Source of the DNA: Candidatus Poseidoniales archaeon
Lineage (GTDB): Archaea; Thermoplasmatota; Poseidoniia; Poseidoniales; Poseidoniaceae
Reading direction: 5' to 3'
DNA length: 64,000 nucleotides
NCBI GenBank assembly: GCA_038146705.1
Contig: JAYQSB010000005.1
Span: 10,628-74,627, forward strand
Shown: positions 10,918-20,289 of the stretch, one piece after another
Position numbering within the stretch: position 1 is the stretch's first letter
How the letters are laid out: each line of letters starts with the position of its first letter
The notes under the pieces: model-generated
What the model was told of the DNA's origin: nothing
Databases searched by the model: none
The model's input: the letters and a program-made list of their open reading frames with translations, nothing else
Translations under genes and position numbers: made by a program

Positions 10918-10933
10918 TTGAGGTGAGTCGAAG

Positions 10934-11953
10934 ATGGAATTGACATTATGGCAACGATTCTGCACAAGAGTCGTTGGCCCATTTGTCAAAAAAAGGGCGA
11001 GGAATAACAAGGAATTGTCGGACAATCTTGTCAAAGGCTCCATGCCAATTATGCCAGAGGTGTATTTGTCTACTGTGATCATGACCTGTATTGCCATAAC
11101 ATTTGTTTCACTCGGCTTTGTCTCGATATTCTTTATCCCCGAGATTGGTGTCATCGCATTTTACGAAAGCATGCAAGACCCAGCAACCGTCGCAGCGTGC
11201 TATGACTGGGCGTATTGGAATGCCGATTTGGTGGACGAGACCTTACCGGGTAACGGCTGCCCGGATTACGCACTTCGTGTCTTCCCAGAGTTCCTCAAAT
11301 ACATCATTGTGTTTGTAGGAGCTGTCGTTGTTCCTTATGCTGCATTCAAATACAACTCCGGAGGAGCGGAAAGAGAGGTGACGAGAAGAGCGGATATGAT
11401 TGAGAAATATCTGCCATATGCTGCTTCCTACACCGCAGCTATGTCTGCGGCGAACGCAACACCTGCAAAAATTTTCAAATCCTTGGCGATGAATAAAGAC
11501 ATTTACGGCGATGTAGCAGACGATGCAGCGATGATTTACAGAGATGTCACATTGCTTGGCTACGACCTCATCACTGCCATGCGATTAAGTGTTGATAGGG
11601 CCGCATCGATTTGGCTCACCGAGTTCTTTCAAGGTATGGTCGGTACCCTTACTGCTGGTGGTCAACTCAAACTCTACTTCCTTAATCGAGCAGAACATTA
11701 CATGAGAGAAAATCGTACTCGATTGCAAATGTTCCTCGAATCTATCGCTCTCCTCGCTGAGTCATACATTGTGGTCGCTGTTGCTATGCCGCTGTTTCTT
11801 ATCGTCATGCTCGTCATTATGTTCTGGGTTTCTGGTTCAGGTGCTCAGATGTCAGAAAGTATGCTCTACTTCATTGTCTTAGGCTTCGTTCCAATGATTC
11901 ACGTCGCTTACGCCATCCTTGTGTACACAAGCAGCAAAGAACAGGAAATGTGA
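10934..11953 (+). CDS. Type II secretion system F / TadC-like pilus platform protein
   Basis: IEKYLPYAASY...YG..A T2SSF pattern, TM helices, GAGGTGA SD upstream, adjacent to ATPase. Confidence 0.82.
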   Translation: MELTLWQRFCTRVVGPFVKKRARNNKELSDNLVKGSMPIMPEVYLSTVIMTCIAITFVSLGFVSIFFIPEIGVIAFYESMQDPATVAACYDWAYWNADLVDETLPGNGCPDYALRVFPEFLKYIIVFVGAVVVPYAAFKYNSGGAEREVTRRADMIEKYLPYAASYTAAMSAANATPAKIFKSLAMNKDIYGDVADDAAMIYRDVTLLGYDLITAMRLSVDRAASIWLTEFFQGMVGTLTAGGQLKLYFLNRAEHYMRENRTRLQMFLESIALLAESYIVVAVAMPLFLIVMLVIMFWVSGSGAQMSESMLYFIVLGFVPMIHVAYAILVYTSSKEQEM

Positions 11954-11962
11954 GGTGATACG

Positions 11963-13540
11963 ATGGCAAGAAAGAAAGAAAAAATCATCGTTGAACTCGA
12001 CCTCCCGAAAGACGATAAAACCCTCACACGACTGTACACGATTCTTTTCTTTTCAATTCTTCTCGGGGTTACAAGTGGTCTTTTCTGGATCACAAATTCA
12101 GGATTCATACCTACGGCAAATGGCGAGCCGATGTTCACCAATATCTACTGCGGTGCAACTGCACAAGACCCACTCACTGGGCAACCGATGGGCGACTACT
12201 TCAAATCGAATCAAAAACCAACATATGCAGCAAATCAATCGTGTAACATTCTGCAAGATAAAGCCGATGTGATTTCCTGGGAACCTGAACCTTGGACCGA
12301 TGTATCAAAGCGGGCTCAAAATTTCAATGTCCCGGGTGTACCAGCTGAGGCTACGGGTGGTGCTGTGGTTGAACAACCGATGTGGCTCAATTGTTCAATT
12401 GATGCAAAACAAGGCACAACATATACGATTGCAATACGGAATCCTGATGGAGACCTTGTCGCTTATGAAAACGGAACTGCTGGTCAATCAACGGATTGTG
12501 AAATAACATTACAAAATATCGAAGCTGGAGACCTCTACGAATTTATTGCCTTGAGTAATGTAGAAGGAGAAACATTGTATGAAGTCAAATTTGATATGAC
12601 GATTCATTACTATGACGGCATTCCAACGTACATGAACAACAAATCCCTTTGGATTGGACCTAGTATTGATATCTTCATCGCTCAAGTCCATCCAACAATT
12701 TTCCTCAACTTTTTCGGATTTACGTTCTTCTTACTCATCTTCCCTGCCTCATACTATTGGGAAAAAGTTGAGGAAGCAAAGAACGAAATGGAAGAAAAAT
12801 TCCCTGATTTTCTTCGTGATCTTGCAGAATATTGGAAAGGTGGTCTTTCTATGACGGTGGCGGTTCAAACCCTTGCGACATCCGAATATGGTGCATTAAA
12901 TCATGAAGTCAAGAAAATGTCGAATCAATTAAGTTGGGGTATCAAATTTGGAGATGTCATCTATCAATTTGCTGAACGAGTCGGGACGCCACTCATCAAA
13001 AGAGCGATCACACTCATTCAAGAAGCGGACAAGGCGGGTGGTAAAATTTCAGATATTCTCGTGACCGCTGCAAATGACTCCCGTGAAATTAAATTCCTTG
13101 AAGCAGAACGAAATCGTGCTATTGGTTCGTACATTGCAGTTATTTGGACATCGTACTTCGTTTTCCTCGGTGTTATCGTCGTTCTAGCAAAGGTGTTTAT
13201 TCCTGCGATTGCTAATTCAAATTCAGGTGGTGAAGATGGCGGCGACAGTGGAGGACAGACGATTGGAAACATGTCGATTCGAAATGTCGACCCCTTGTTT
13301 TTCTTAACCGTCTTCTATTATGGTGTGACCATGCAAGCAATGGGCAACGGTTCAATGGCTGGTTTAATGGCCAAAGGTCGCTTCAGTGCAGGATTTAAGC
13401 AATCTGGATTAATGATTGTCGTCGCATTGGTCGTGTTCAATATCATTGCATTCTCAAACGATCTCATTGGCGTCACAGAAATTCCAAGTCTAGCCCCAAA
13501 TACAGGTAGTTTCGTTCCCCAACCAATCAGCTGGGGGTGA
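11963..13540 (+). CDS. Type II secretion system F / TadC-like protein with large extracellular insertion
   Basis: EEKFPDFLRDLAE...G.S...A...EYGAL, GGKISDIL; about 200-aa Cys-containing beta-rich region between TM1 and TM2. Confidence 0.85.
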   Translation: MARKKEKIIVELDLPKDDKTLTRLYTILFFSILLGVTSGLFWITNSGFIPTANGEPMFTNIYCGATAQDPLTGQPMGDYFKSNQKPTYAANQSCNILQDKADVISWEPEPWTDVSKRAQNFNVPGVPAEATGGAVVEQPMWLNCSIDAKQGTTYTIAIRNPDGDLVAYENGTAGQSTDCEITLQNIEAGDLYEFIALSNVEGETLYEVKFDMTIHYYDGIPTYMNNKSLWIGPSIDIFIAQVHPTIFLNFFGFTFFLLIFPASYYWEKVEEAKNEMEEKFPDFLRDLAEYWKGGLSMTVAVQTLATSEYGALNHEVKKMSNQLSWGIKFGDVIYQFAERVGTPLIKRAITLIQEADKAGGKISDILVTAANDSREIKFLEAERNRAIGSYIAVIWTSYFVFLGVIVVLAKVFIPAIANSNSGGEDGGDSGGQTIGNMSIRNVDPLFFLTVFYYGVTMQAMGNGSMAGLMAKGRFSAGFKQSGLMIVVALVVFNIIAFSNDLIGVTEIPSLAPNTGSFVPQPISWG

Positions 13541-13546
13541 AGTTGA

Positions 13547-13990
13547 TTGAACAATGATGAAAAAGGCCAAGTCCATATTCTTGAAATGTTGACACTCTTC
13601 TGGCTTTTCTTTATGTCTGCCACCTTTCTCATTCGAGTTCAGGTCCCAGATGCAGAATCGGTTGCATTCGATGCTTCTCTTGAACTCGCAGCCGAAGATA
13701 GCCTGAATTATGGCTTGGGTCTTGAACCTGTAACCGATGGAGACAGTCGACTCCACGAACTCCTCGAAGAAGGAGAATTGAATCAGGCTTGCACACTCTT
13801 GCAGAGTGCTATTGCGTCCGGAAAGGAAGCAAATTGTTGGATGGCCAAGGATAGTGCAATGTCAGTTCCTTATGGAACGGTTGGAAATCCATATGGCAAT
13901 ACGGTCACCGTGCATCGATTACTCAATGTCAACGGAGACATCTGGACCGTAACACTCGACGTATGGAGTAGAGGAGGCGGCGCTGCATGA
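13547..13990 (+). CDS. Putative pilin-like protein (class III signal peptide)
   Basis: DEKG/QVHILE followed by a hydrophobic helix; downstream of T4P assembly genes. Confidence 0.65.
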   Translation: MNNDEKGQVHILEMLTLFWLFFMSATFLIRVQVPDAESVAFDASLELAAEDSLNYGLGLEPVTDGDSRLHELLEEGELNQACTLLQSAIASGKEANCWMAKDSAMSVPYGTVGNPYGNTVTVHRLLNVNGDIWTVTLDVWSRGGGAA

Positions 13991-14433
13991 AAACCTCCTC
14001 GCATTCCATCGAAGGTGATGATTTCGCCCAAATGCTCCTTGCAACAGGTATCGTTTTGCTCATGTCACTGCTATCCATGGCCGTTTTTGGAGTCAAAGTT
14101 GCTGGGCTGACATTACCATATGAACCCAGTTCGGATGCGGTGTTGGATACAACTTCAGAAGTGGTCGACATTCTACCTCATCTCGTCGAAAAACGAACTA
14201 ATGTTTGGGTCGATACTGGCGTTGACGCCGATGAAGCAATTCTTCTCGCTCTGGATTCCACTCAGAATGACCTCCTCCATCATGGTGAAATTCGAGGAGT
14301 TGAAATCAAGTTGTTGGACTTCGTAGCCACATCTTCAGCGAACAACGAATTTCTTGTGTCAGGGGAACTGGGTGTATCCGACCAACACGTGATGATGCAA
14401 ATTGAAATTGATTTTACAATCACAATTTCTTGA
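13987..14433 (+). CDS. Putative pilin-like protein
   Basis: DDFA/QMLL followed by a hydrophobic helix; ATGA-coupled to previous gene; cleavage site lacks the usual basic residue. Confidence 0.5.
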   Translation: MKTSSHSIEGDDFAQMLLATGIVLLMSLLSMAVFGVKVAGLTLPYEPSSDAVLDTTSEVVDILPHLVEKRTNVWVDTGVDADEAILLALDSTQNDLLHHGEIRGVEIKLLDFVATSSANNEFLVSGELGVSDQHVMMQIEIDFTITIS

Positions 14434-14434
14434 A

Positions 14435-15097
14435 TCATGATGCGAATCCTTCATCAGCTTGTTTTCTTCGAAACAATGTGATGATTCGTTCAACATCATC
14501 ATCAACTCTATGAGGATCAACAATCGGCCAATTGGCTATTTTTGCACGCTCGATAAGGCCATCTTGAATTGCACGAATTCTCTGTAGATTTGCAATGTAA
14601 CGCTCTGCTTTTCGATAGGTGTTCTTTTCTCGTTCAACAAACATTGCTTGATGTAAATTTTCATCGTGAACAACCATCACAACACCCATTGCAAAACCAC
14701 CTGATTCCGTCCACGACCTTAGGATTCGTTCACTTGGCACAACATGCACACCCTCTATGACAAGGTCAAATCCTTCTCTTCGTGATTTTGCAATGGTCGC
14801 AAGAATGGCGTCTTCCAAGACTTGACAAGTATCAAGCCAATCTTGAACAGGTTCTTTGGTCTCACCTAGTGAATACGATGAACGGTGTAATGCTCGATTG
14901 GACTCATCCACATCCACGCTCCGAAGGACTTCTCGAATATTATCTGTGGAGACAATTCGCTGAAAGCCTTCACGTTGAGCAATTTTGATTGATGCTGTTG
15001 ATTTGCCCGTGCCTGTTGCACCTGCAATAATCAGCAGTCGAGGTCGATAGCCTCCTGAGCCAAGCGATGGGGTTGGTCGCGTGTCCTCTACTGCCAT
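14435..15097 (-). CDS. 2-phosphoglycerate kinase-like P-loop kinase
   Basis: IAGATGTGKST, VSTDNIREVLR, LHRSSY, VIEGVH, IRAIQD. Confidence 0.8.
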   Translation of the reverse strand: MAVEDTRPTPSLGSGGYRPRLLIIAGATGTGKSTASIKIAQREGFQRIVSTDNIREVLRSVDVDESNRALHRSSYSLGETKEPVQDWLDTCQVLEDAILATIAKSRREGFDLVIEGVHVVPSERILRSWTESGGFAMGVVMVVHDENLHQAMFVEREKNTYRKAERYIANLQRIRAIQDGLIERAKIANWPIVDPHRVDDDVERIITLFRRKQADEGFAS

Positions 15098-15165
15098 GAC
15101 ATCGATGTGGTGGATGAGCACATGAGGATTATGCAATATGAACCTCAAAACTCAAGATTGAAACT

Positions 15166-15582
15166 TTGATGTCCCTTGCCGAGTCCATGGGCCACACGAT
15201 TGATTCAAGCGCTTTACCATACGCTCCTGAAAAATTACCTCGAAAAGAAGTCATCGGATTTGAACACTTTTTATCGGTGGATATGCGAACAGGAACCATC
15301 GTTCATGTCGAGGACTACCCTCAAATGCGAAAACCATCGTACAAAATAACAGTCGACTTTGGTCCGGTTGTGGGAAGATTGCAAAGTTCTGCACAAATTA
15401 CGAATTATGCAACTCACGAACTCTTGGAGAGAAAAGTCGTCGGTGCAATCAATCTTGAAGAAAAAGTGCTTCCAGGTGGGTTTGTTAGTCAATTCTTGGT
15501 CTTGGGAGCACTCGATGCTGATGGAACCGTTCATCTGCTTGAGTGTGATGCATCAATGCCCAATGGCTCAACAATCCTTTGA
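15166..15582 (+). CDS. csaA: tRNA-binding OB-fold protein / export chaperone CsaA
   Basis: VDMRTGTI, KPSYKITVDFGP, SSAQIT, SQFLVLG. Confidence 0.85.
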   Translation: MMSLAESMGHTIDSSALPYAPEKLPRKEVIGFEHFLSVDMRTGTIVHVEDYPQMRKPSYKITVDFGPVVGRLQSSAQITNYATHELLERKVVGAINLEEKVLPGGFVSQFLVLGALDADGTVHLLECDASMPNGSTIL

Positions 15583-15631
15583 AAGAAGCATCATCTTCAA
15601 CCGATGACAATTTGAAGTCCTTCTCATTCGT

Positions 15632-17074
15632 ATGTTCATGAACGATGAATTGATGTACATTTCCGGTGGGTGGCGGCCATCCTCAAACGGTGAAAAAAGT
15701 GAGGTCATCAACCCTGCGACCTCCGAAGTGATCGCTACAATTCCAATGGCAAGCCCAGAAGATGTTGAACAATGCATTGCTGCTTCAAGGGCTGCTTTTC
15801 AATCCAAAGAATGGGCACTAATGGACCCTGCTGAACGTGGAAGAATGCTCAATCGCATGGCGCAAGCAACATACGCTCAAGCAAAACACTTAGCTGCTCT
15901 TGAGTCGACAAATAACGGGAAAACATTCAGAGAAGCACTTTCCGAAATTCGTTATGGCGCATGGACATTCGAATATTTTGCTGGCTTAACCGATAAAATC
16001 GAAGGCGCAACTATCCCCGTTCCGGGATCACGCCTCAACTACACACTACGGCAACCGCTCGGTGTGACTGCACACATTGTCCCTTGGAATTTTCCTTTGC
16101 AACTTGCCCTACGCTCCATCGCTCCTGCGTTAGCAGCAGGTTGTACAGTGATTGCCAAACCAGCCTCTTGGACTCCATTGTCGTTGCTTGCATGGTTGAA
16201 AGCTATGCAAGATGCAGAAGTTGGTCTACCGGAAAATGTTGTTCAGATCATTACGGGCTCTGGTTCGAAAATTGGTCAACAGTTATCAAGCCACAAGGAC
16301 GTTGATGGTATTGTGCTCACAGGCGGTGTCCCAACCGGAAAACAAGTCATGGCTGCAGCAAGCGAAAACCTCACCCCAATTACCCTCGAATTGGGTGGTA
16401 AAGGTGCAAATATCGTGTTTGAAGATGCGAATTTGAAGTATGCGGCTAAAGCGATTTGTTTTGGAATCTTCATGAATGCCGGGCAAATGTGTTGGGCTGG
16501 CTCTCGGCTTCTCGTTCATGAATCAATACACGACGACTTGGTTCAAGCCGTATGCGATGAAATCTCCACATGGAAAGTTGGACCTGGTATGGAAGAAGGT
16601 GTTCGTATGGGCAGTCTTGTTCACACATCTCACCGAGACGAAGTTTTGGAAAAACTCGCAAATGGGCTTGCTGAAGGTGGCGAGGTGGTTCTTGGTGGAT
16701 CTGCAATCGAAGGAGATGGTTGCTTCATGGAACCAACGGTCGTTACAGGTGTCAAACCCGAACATTTCTTGTTCCAAGATGAATTGTTTGGACCAGTTCT
16801 CGCAGTAACGACATTCAATGAAGACAAGGAAGCACTTGCGATGGCAAACGACACAGAATTTGGCCTCCTGAACGGTGTATGGACAAATCAACTCAGTCGG
16901 GCGCACAAATTTGCAAGAGACCTACAATGTGGCATGGTTTCAATCAATGAATTCCCTATCACCTTCCCACAAACCGCTTTCACCGGATGGAAACAGTCAG
17001 GAATTGGTGTCGAGCAAAGTCAAGAAGCACTCAGATTTTACACTCGAGTCAAAAATGTCAATGTCAAACTCTGA
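15632..17074 (+). CDS. NAD(P)-dependent aldehyde dehydrogenase
   Basis: IVPWNFP, LELGGKG, NAGQMC, ELFGPV. Confidence 0.95.
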   Translation: MFMNDELMYISGGWRPSSNGEKSEVINPATSEVIATIPMASPEDVEQCIAASRAAFQSKEWALMDPAERGRMLNRMAQATYAQAKHLAALESTNNGKTFREALSEIRYGAWTFEYFAGLTDKIEGATIPVPGSRLNYTLRQPLGVTAHIVPWNFPLQLALRSIAPALAAGCTVIAKPASWTPLSLLAWLKAMQDAEVGLPENVVQIITGSGSKIGQQLSSHKDVDGIVLTGGVPTGKQVMAAASENLTPITLELGGKGANIVFEDANLKYAAKAICFGIFMNAGQMCWAGSRLLVHESIHDDLVQAVCDEISTWKVGPGMEEGVRMGSLVHTSHRDEVLEKLANGLAEGGEVVLGGSAIEGDGCFMEPTVVTGVKPEHFLFQDELFGPVLAVTTFNEDKEALAMANDTEFGLLNGVWTNQLSRAHKFARDLQCGMVSINEFPITFPQTAFTGWKQSGIGVEQSQEALRFYTRVKNVNVKL

Positions 17075-17083
17075 GGGTTGACC

Positions 17084-17854
17084 ATGACCGTGCATACTGA
17101 AGACCTCAGCGATGGAATTCGACTTCTTACACTGACTGGTTCGATGGCGAGTCAGTCATTCTCTCGAGCATCTCTTCCCGTCATCGCTGATGCCATCAAC
17201 GACGCCCTCGGCGATTCAAACATCAAAGGGCTCGTCATTACAGGCGAGGGCAGATTTTTCTCGGCTGGAGCGGATATCAATGCCTTCCAAGCCTCCATTG
17301 AAGCAAATGAAGCCCCACAACTTATTCGTGATTTGACCAACATTCTTCATCCACTCATCGTTAAGATGCGGCAATCACCAACGATTACCGTTGCAGCGGT
17401 CAACGGTGCAGCAGCAGGCGGTGGACTTGGCTTAGCATTGGCTTGTGATGCCCGCATCGCTTCACCCAAAGCAAAATTTGCAGCAGCTTATGCGAGTATG
17501 GGTCTCTCTCCTGACGGAGGAACCACCTGGCTTCTTCCACGTCTTGTCGGTGAGCAGGTTGCGAGGAAATTCTTTCTACAGAATGAAATTTGGACTGCCC
17601 GTGAAGCTCGTGACCTTGGAGCCATTGATGTGCTCGTGAGTGATGATGGAGCGTTACTTGAAACCGCTATTGGCCTTGCAAAGCATTGGAGTCAATGGGG
17701 TAGTCACACCAAAGAAGCAACGAAGCATCTCCTCCATGTTCAAGCTGACCACGACTTTGAGACACATTTGAAACATGAGCAAACGCTCATCGAGGCAGCT
17801 GGAATTACGCAGGAATTCAAAGACGGAGTTCAGTCATTTCTCAAAAAGAAATGA
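17084..17854 (+). CDS. Enoyl-CoA hydratase/isomerase, PaaG-like
   Basis: FSAGADI, NGAAAGGG, MGLSPDGG (Asp-type isomerase lacking the two hydratase Glu). Confidence 0.85.
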   Translation: MTVHTEDLSDGIRLLTLTGSMASQSFSRASLPVIADAINDALGDSNIKGLVITGEGRFFSAGADINAFQASIEANEAPQLIRDLTNILHPLIVKMRQSPTITVAAVNGAAAGGGLGLALACDARIASPKAKFAAAYASMGLSPDGGTTWLLPRLVGEQVARKFFLQNEIWTAREARDLGAIDVLVSDDGALLETAIGLAKHWSQWGSHTKEATKHLLHVQADHDFETHLKHEQTLIEAAGITQEFKDGVQSFLKKK

Positions 17855-17965
17855 TGTTGGACTGGATTTTTTTAATCACTTTTGTTGAAATCTGTTTCAT
17901 CGTTCTAAATGTTATCTATGGGAAACCTTAGCCAATCAAATCATTTATATCTCAAAAGACGAATT

Positions 17966-18817
17966 TCACCATTGGAAAAATCCTTGGCCTGATTTTTTCC
18001 CGAGTTTACCCTCACTGACCATTTGTTCGAGCAGGGGGTGAGGGGCATACCGGTCGTCGTTGAATGAGCGTTGAAGATTGAGAAGAATGTCTCGGCGAAC
18101 ATCGAGCCCAACCAAATCCGTCAATCGAAGAGGACCCATCGGGTGCTTGTACCCAAGAACCATGGCAGTATCGATATCTTCAGCACTCGCAACTCCGTCT
18201 GCCAACATTCGAATGGCCTCATTCCCCAAAACAACGCCTAATCGGCTCGTTGCAAAACCTGGGACATCCTTGACAAGAATGGAGGTTTTTCCCATTGTTT
18301 CAGCCGCGCTTTTAGCGAAATCAATTGTTGCTTGACTCGTCGTTTCGTGCTTTACAAGTTCAAGTAATTGCATGATTGGCACAGGATTAAAAAAATGCAT
18401 TCCAATTACTTTATCCGGCCTCGATGTCGCTTGAGCGATCATATCGATAGATAGAGAAGAGGTATTTGTTCCAAGAACGGCATGCTTGGGTGCAAATTCA
18501 TCCAGTTGTGAAAAAACTGCTTGCTTCAACTTTGGAATTTCTGGAACGGCTTCGATGACAAGGTCTGCACCTGCAACGGCATCCTCCATTTCACCCGAGG
18601 CTCGAAGATTGCTTTGCCATTCATTTTTTTGAGCAGGTGTCGTCTTACCTCGTTCGATTCCTTTATCCCAAAATGCGTCAATTCGTTGCATACCCTTGTC
18701 AAGACTCTCGGGGTACGCATCAAAAAGCGAAGTAGTCCAACCTGCTTGTGCACATACCTGTGCTATACCTGCTCCCATCGTTCCAGCACCGATGACGGCG
18801 ACTCGTTCAATTGCCAT
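17966..18817 (-). CDS. 3-hydroxyacyl-CoA dehydrogenase (PaaH/Hbd family)
   Basis: GAGTMGAG, IEAVPE, TNTSSL, GMHFFNPV, HPMGPL..D.VGLD. Confidence 0.95.
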   Translation of the reverse strand: MAIERVAVIGAGTMGAGIAQVCAQAGWTTSLFDAYPESLDKGMQRIDAFWDKGIERGKTTPAQKNEWQSNLRASGEMEDAVAGADLVIEAVPEIPKLKQAVFSQLDEFAPKHAVLGTNTSSLSIDMIAQATSRPDKVIGMHFFNPVPIMQLLELVKHETTSQATIDFAKSAAETMGKTSILVKDVPGFATSRLGVVLGNEAIRMLADGVASAEDIDTAMVLGYKHPMGPLRLTDLVGLDVRRDILLNLQRSFNDDRYAPHPLLEQMVSEGKLGKKSGQGFFQW

Positions 18818-19745
18818 GTTCCAATGTGGCTTGTTCTTGTTCATGATGCTTCTCGCTCTGTGCAATGACTACACCACTCACGATAAGGAGAAATGACAAA
18901 AGAAGTGAAAATCCGAGTTGTTCATCCAAAAGAATGTACCCTCCAAGAATACCGAATGGAGGAATGAGGTACACATACAATGCCGCTTTTCCAGCACCTA
19001 TCTTGATGATTCCATCAGCATACCAGACATAGGAAACGACTGTTGAGAAGATGGCGAGGAACACAATGCCATACCATGCATCAATCGATGGCGAATGAAA
19101 CGTTCCACTTTGAACGGTCTCAAAAACGACGAATGGTGAGAGGAAAAGTAAACCAGTCACCGATGACCAAACTGTGAGAATCAGTGGTGATAGACCTTCT
19201 TCTTGATCGTTACCGAGCATCACTTTCTTCATCAAAATTGACGATGTAGCCCATGAAAGTGCTGCACATGCGATGAAGGCATTTCCTAACCAACGAGCAG
19301 ATGTATCGAGGTCTGTATTTGGCGATGCAAAGAAGAGGATTGCAACGCCAGTGAAACCAAAACCAACACCAAGAGCATGCCGTTTTGTAAATGCTTCATG
19401 AATGAACAACGAGGCTAAAACTGCGGTGAAAAGCGGATTGAGGGTGATCATCAACGAAGCATCACCTGCTGCCGTACGACCCATCCCGAACATGAAAAAG
19501 AGTTGATAGAGAAATGTTGAGAAAAATCCAATTTGAAAAAGTCCTTTCCACTGCTTTTTTGTGGGCATATGCCATTTTCCTGTGACTTTAATGTACAGAA
19601 CAAAGCAGACGACTGCGATAACATATCGTATCCATGCAGCAAGAACTGGGGGGACGTCAAGTGCGACAACTCTACCAGCTGGCCAACCAAAACCCCAAAT
19701 CATCGCAACAATAAACAGTTTTAGATGAATGAGGAATTGTTTCAT
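18807..19745 (-). CDS. DMT/EamA family transporter
   Basis: About 10 TM helices with duplicated EamA pattern (IWG, R..IA, P.F..L). Confidence 0.88.
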   Translation of the reverse strand: MKQFLIHLKLFIVAMIWGFGWPAGRVVALDVPPVLAAWIRYVIAVVCFVLYIKVTGKWHMPTKKQWKGLFQIGFFSTFLYQLFFMFGMGRTAAGDASLMITLNPLFTAVLASLFIHEAFTKRHALGVGFGFTGVAILFFASPNTDLDTSARWLGNAFIACAALSWATSSILMKKVMLGNDQEEGLSPLILTVWSSVTGLLFLSPFVVFETVQSGTFHSPSIDAWYGIVFLAIFSTVVSYVWYADGIIKIGAGKAALYVYLIPPFGILGGYILLDEQLGFSLLLSFLLIVSGVVIAQSEKHHEQEQATLEHGN

Positions 19746-20278
19746 GCAAAGCGCTCCAGGCCGAGTTGAATCATCCTCGACCGAGGAAGCCCAATTTCAG
19801 GCAAGCCTTTCGCAGGAGCGTGTATTTTTAAGCCTTCAATTCTTGATACATACAAGCCATAGCTTGCAATATCTCCAGGTTTGTACGGCGTGGGTAAGCC
19901 CATTTTAGTTAATGTAGCACATGCTTTTTCAGAATAAATAGGATAGACGTTGGTGGAAAAGTGCATCCACTCTGAAACACGTTGTGCATCCACATCATCA
20001 AGTGTGAGGAGATGTTCCAAGAGTGCTACATCTGGGTATGAAACGGTTTTGAGGACCATTTCAACTTCGGTTTCGACATCTTCTGGCCAAGCATAAGGGC
20101 CCCTGTTGGACCACATGTCCGAGATGCGAATATGCTCGATACTTCGCTCATCTTGAATAGCATACAGTGCGTCGATGTACGTTTGATCTTCATATGCGTC
20201 GTCAACTAATGTGGGGAGTGCATCATAGAATCGCTCGCACATCTCTGCGTCGACCCCGTAAAGCGAGACGGGTATCAT
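19742..20278 (-). CDS. Hypothetical protein co-transcribed with boxB
   Basis: SD-like GGTGAT before ATG 20278; ATGA-coupled to the transporter; weak HhH-like segment LDDVDAQRVSEWMHF...YPIY. Confidence 0.65.
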   Translation of the reverse strand: MIPVSLYGVDAEMCERFYDALPTLVDDAYEDQTYIDALYAIQDERSIEHIRISDMWSNRGPYAWPEDVETEVEMVLKTVSYPDVALLEHLLTLDDVDAQRVSEWMHFSTNVYPIYSEKACATLTKMGLPTPYKPGDIASYGLYVSRIEGLKIHAPAKGLPEIGLPRSRMIQLGLERFA

Positions 20279-20289
20279 GAGATCACCAC

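Noticed and set aside
9397-14433. Archaellum (fla/arl) operon
   Set aside because: No archaellin, FlaH, FlaF or FlaG; two TadC-like genes rather than a single FlaJ
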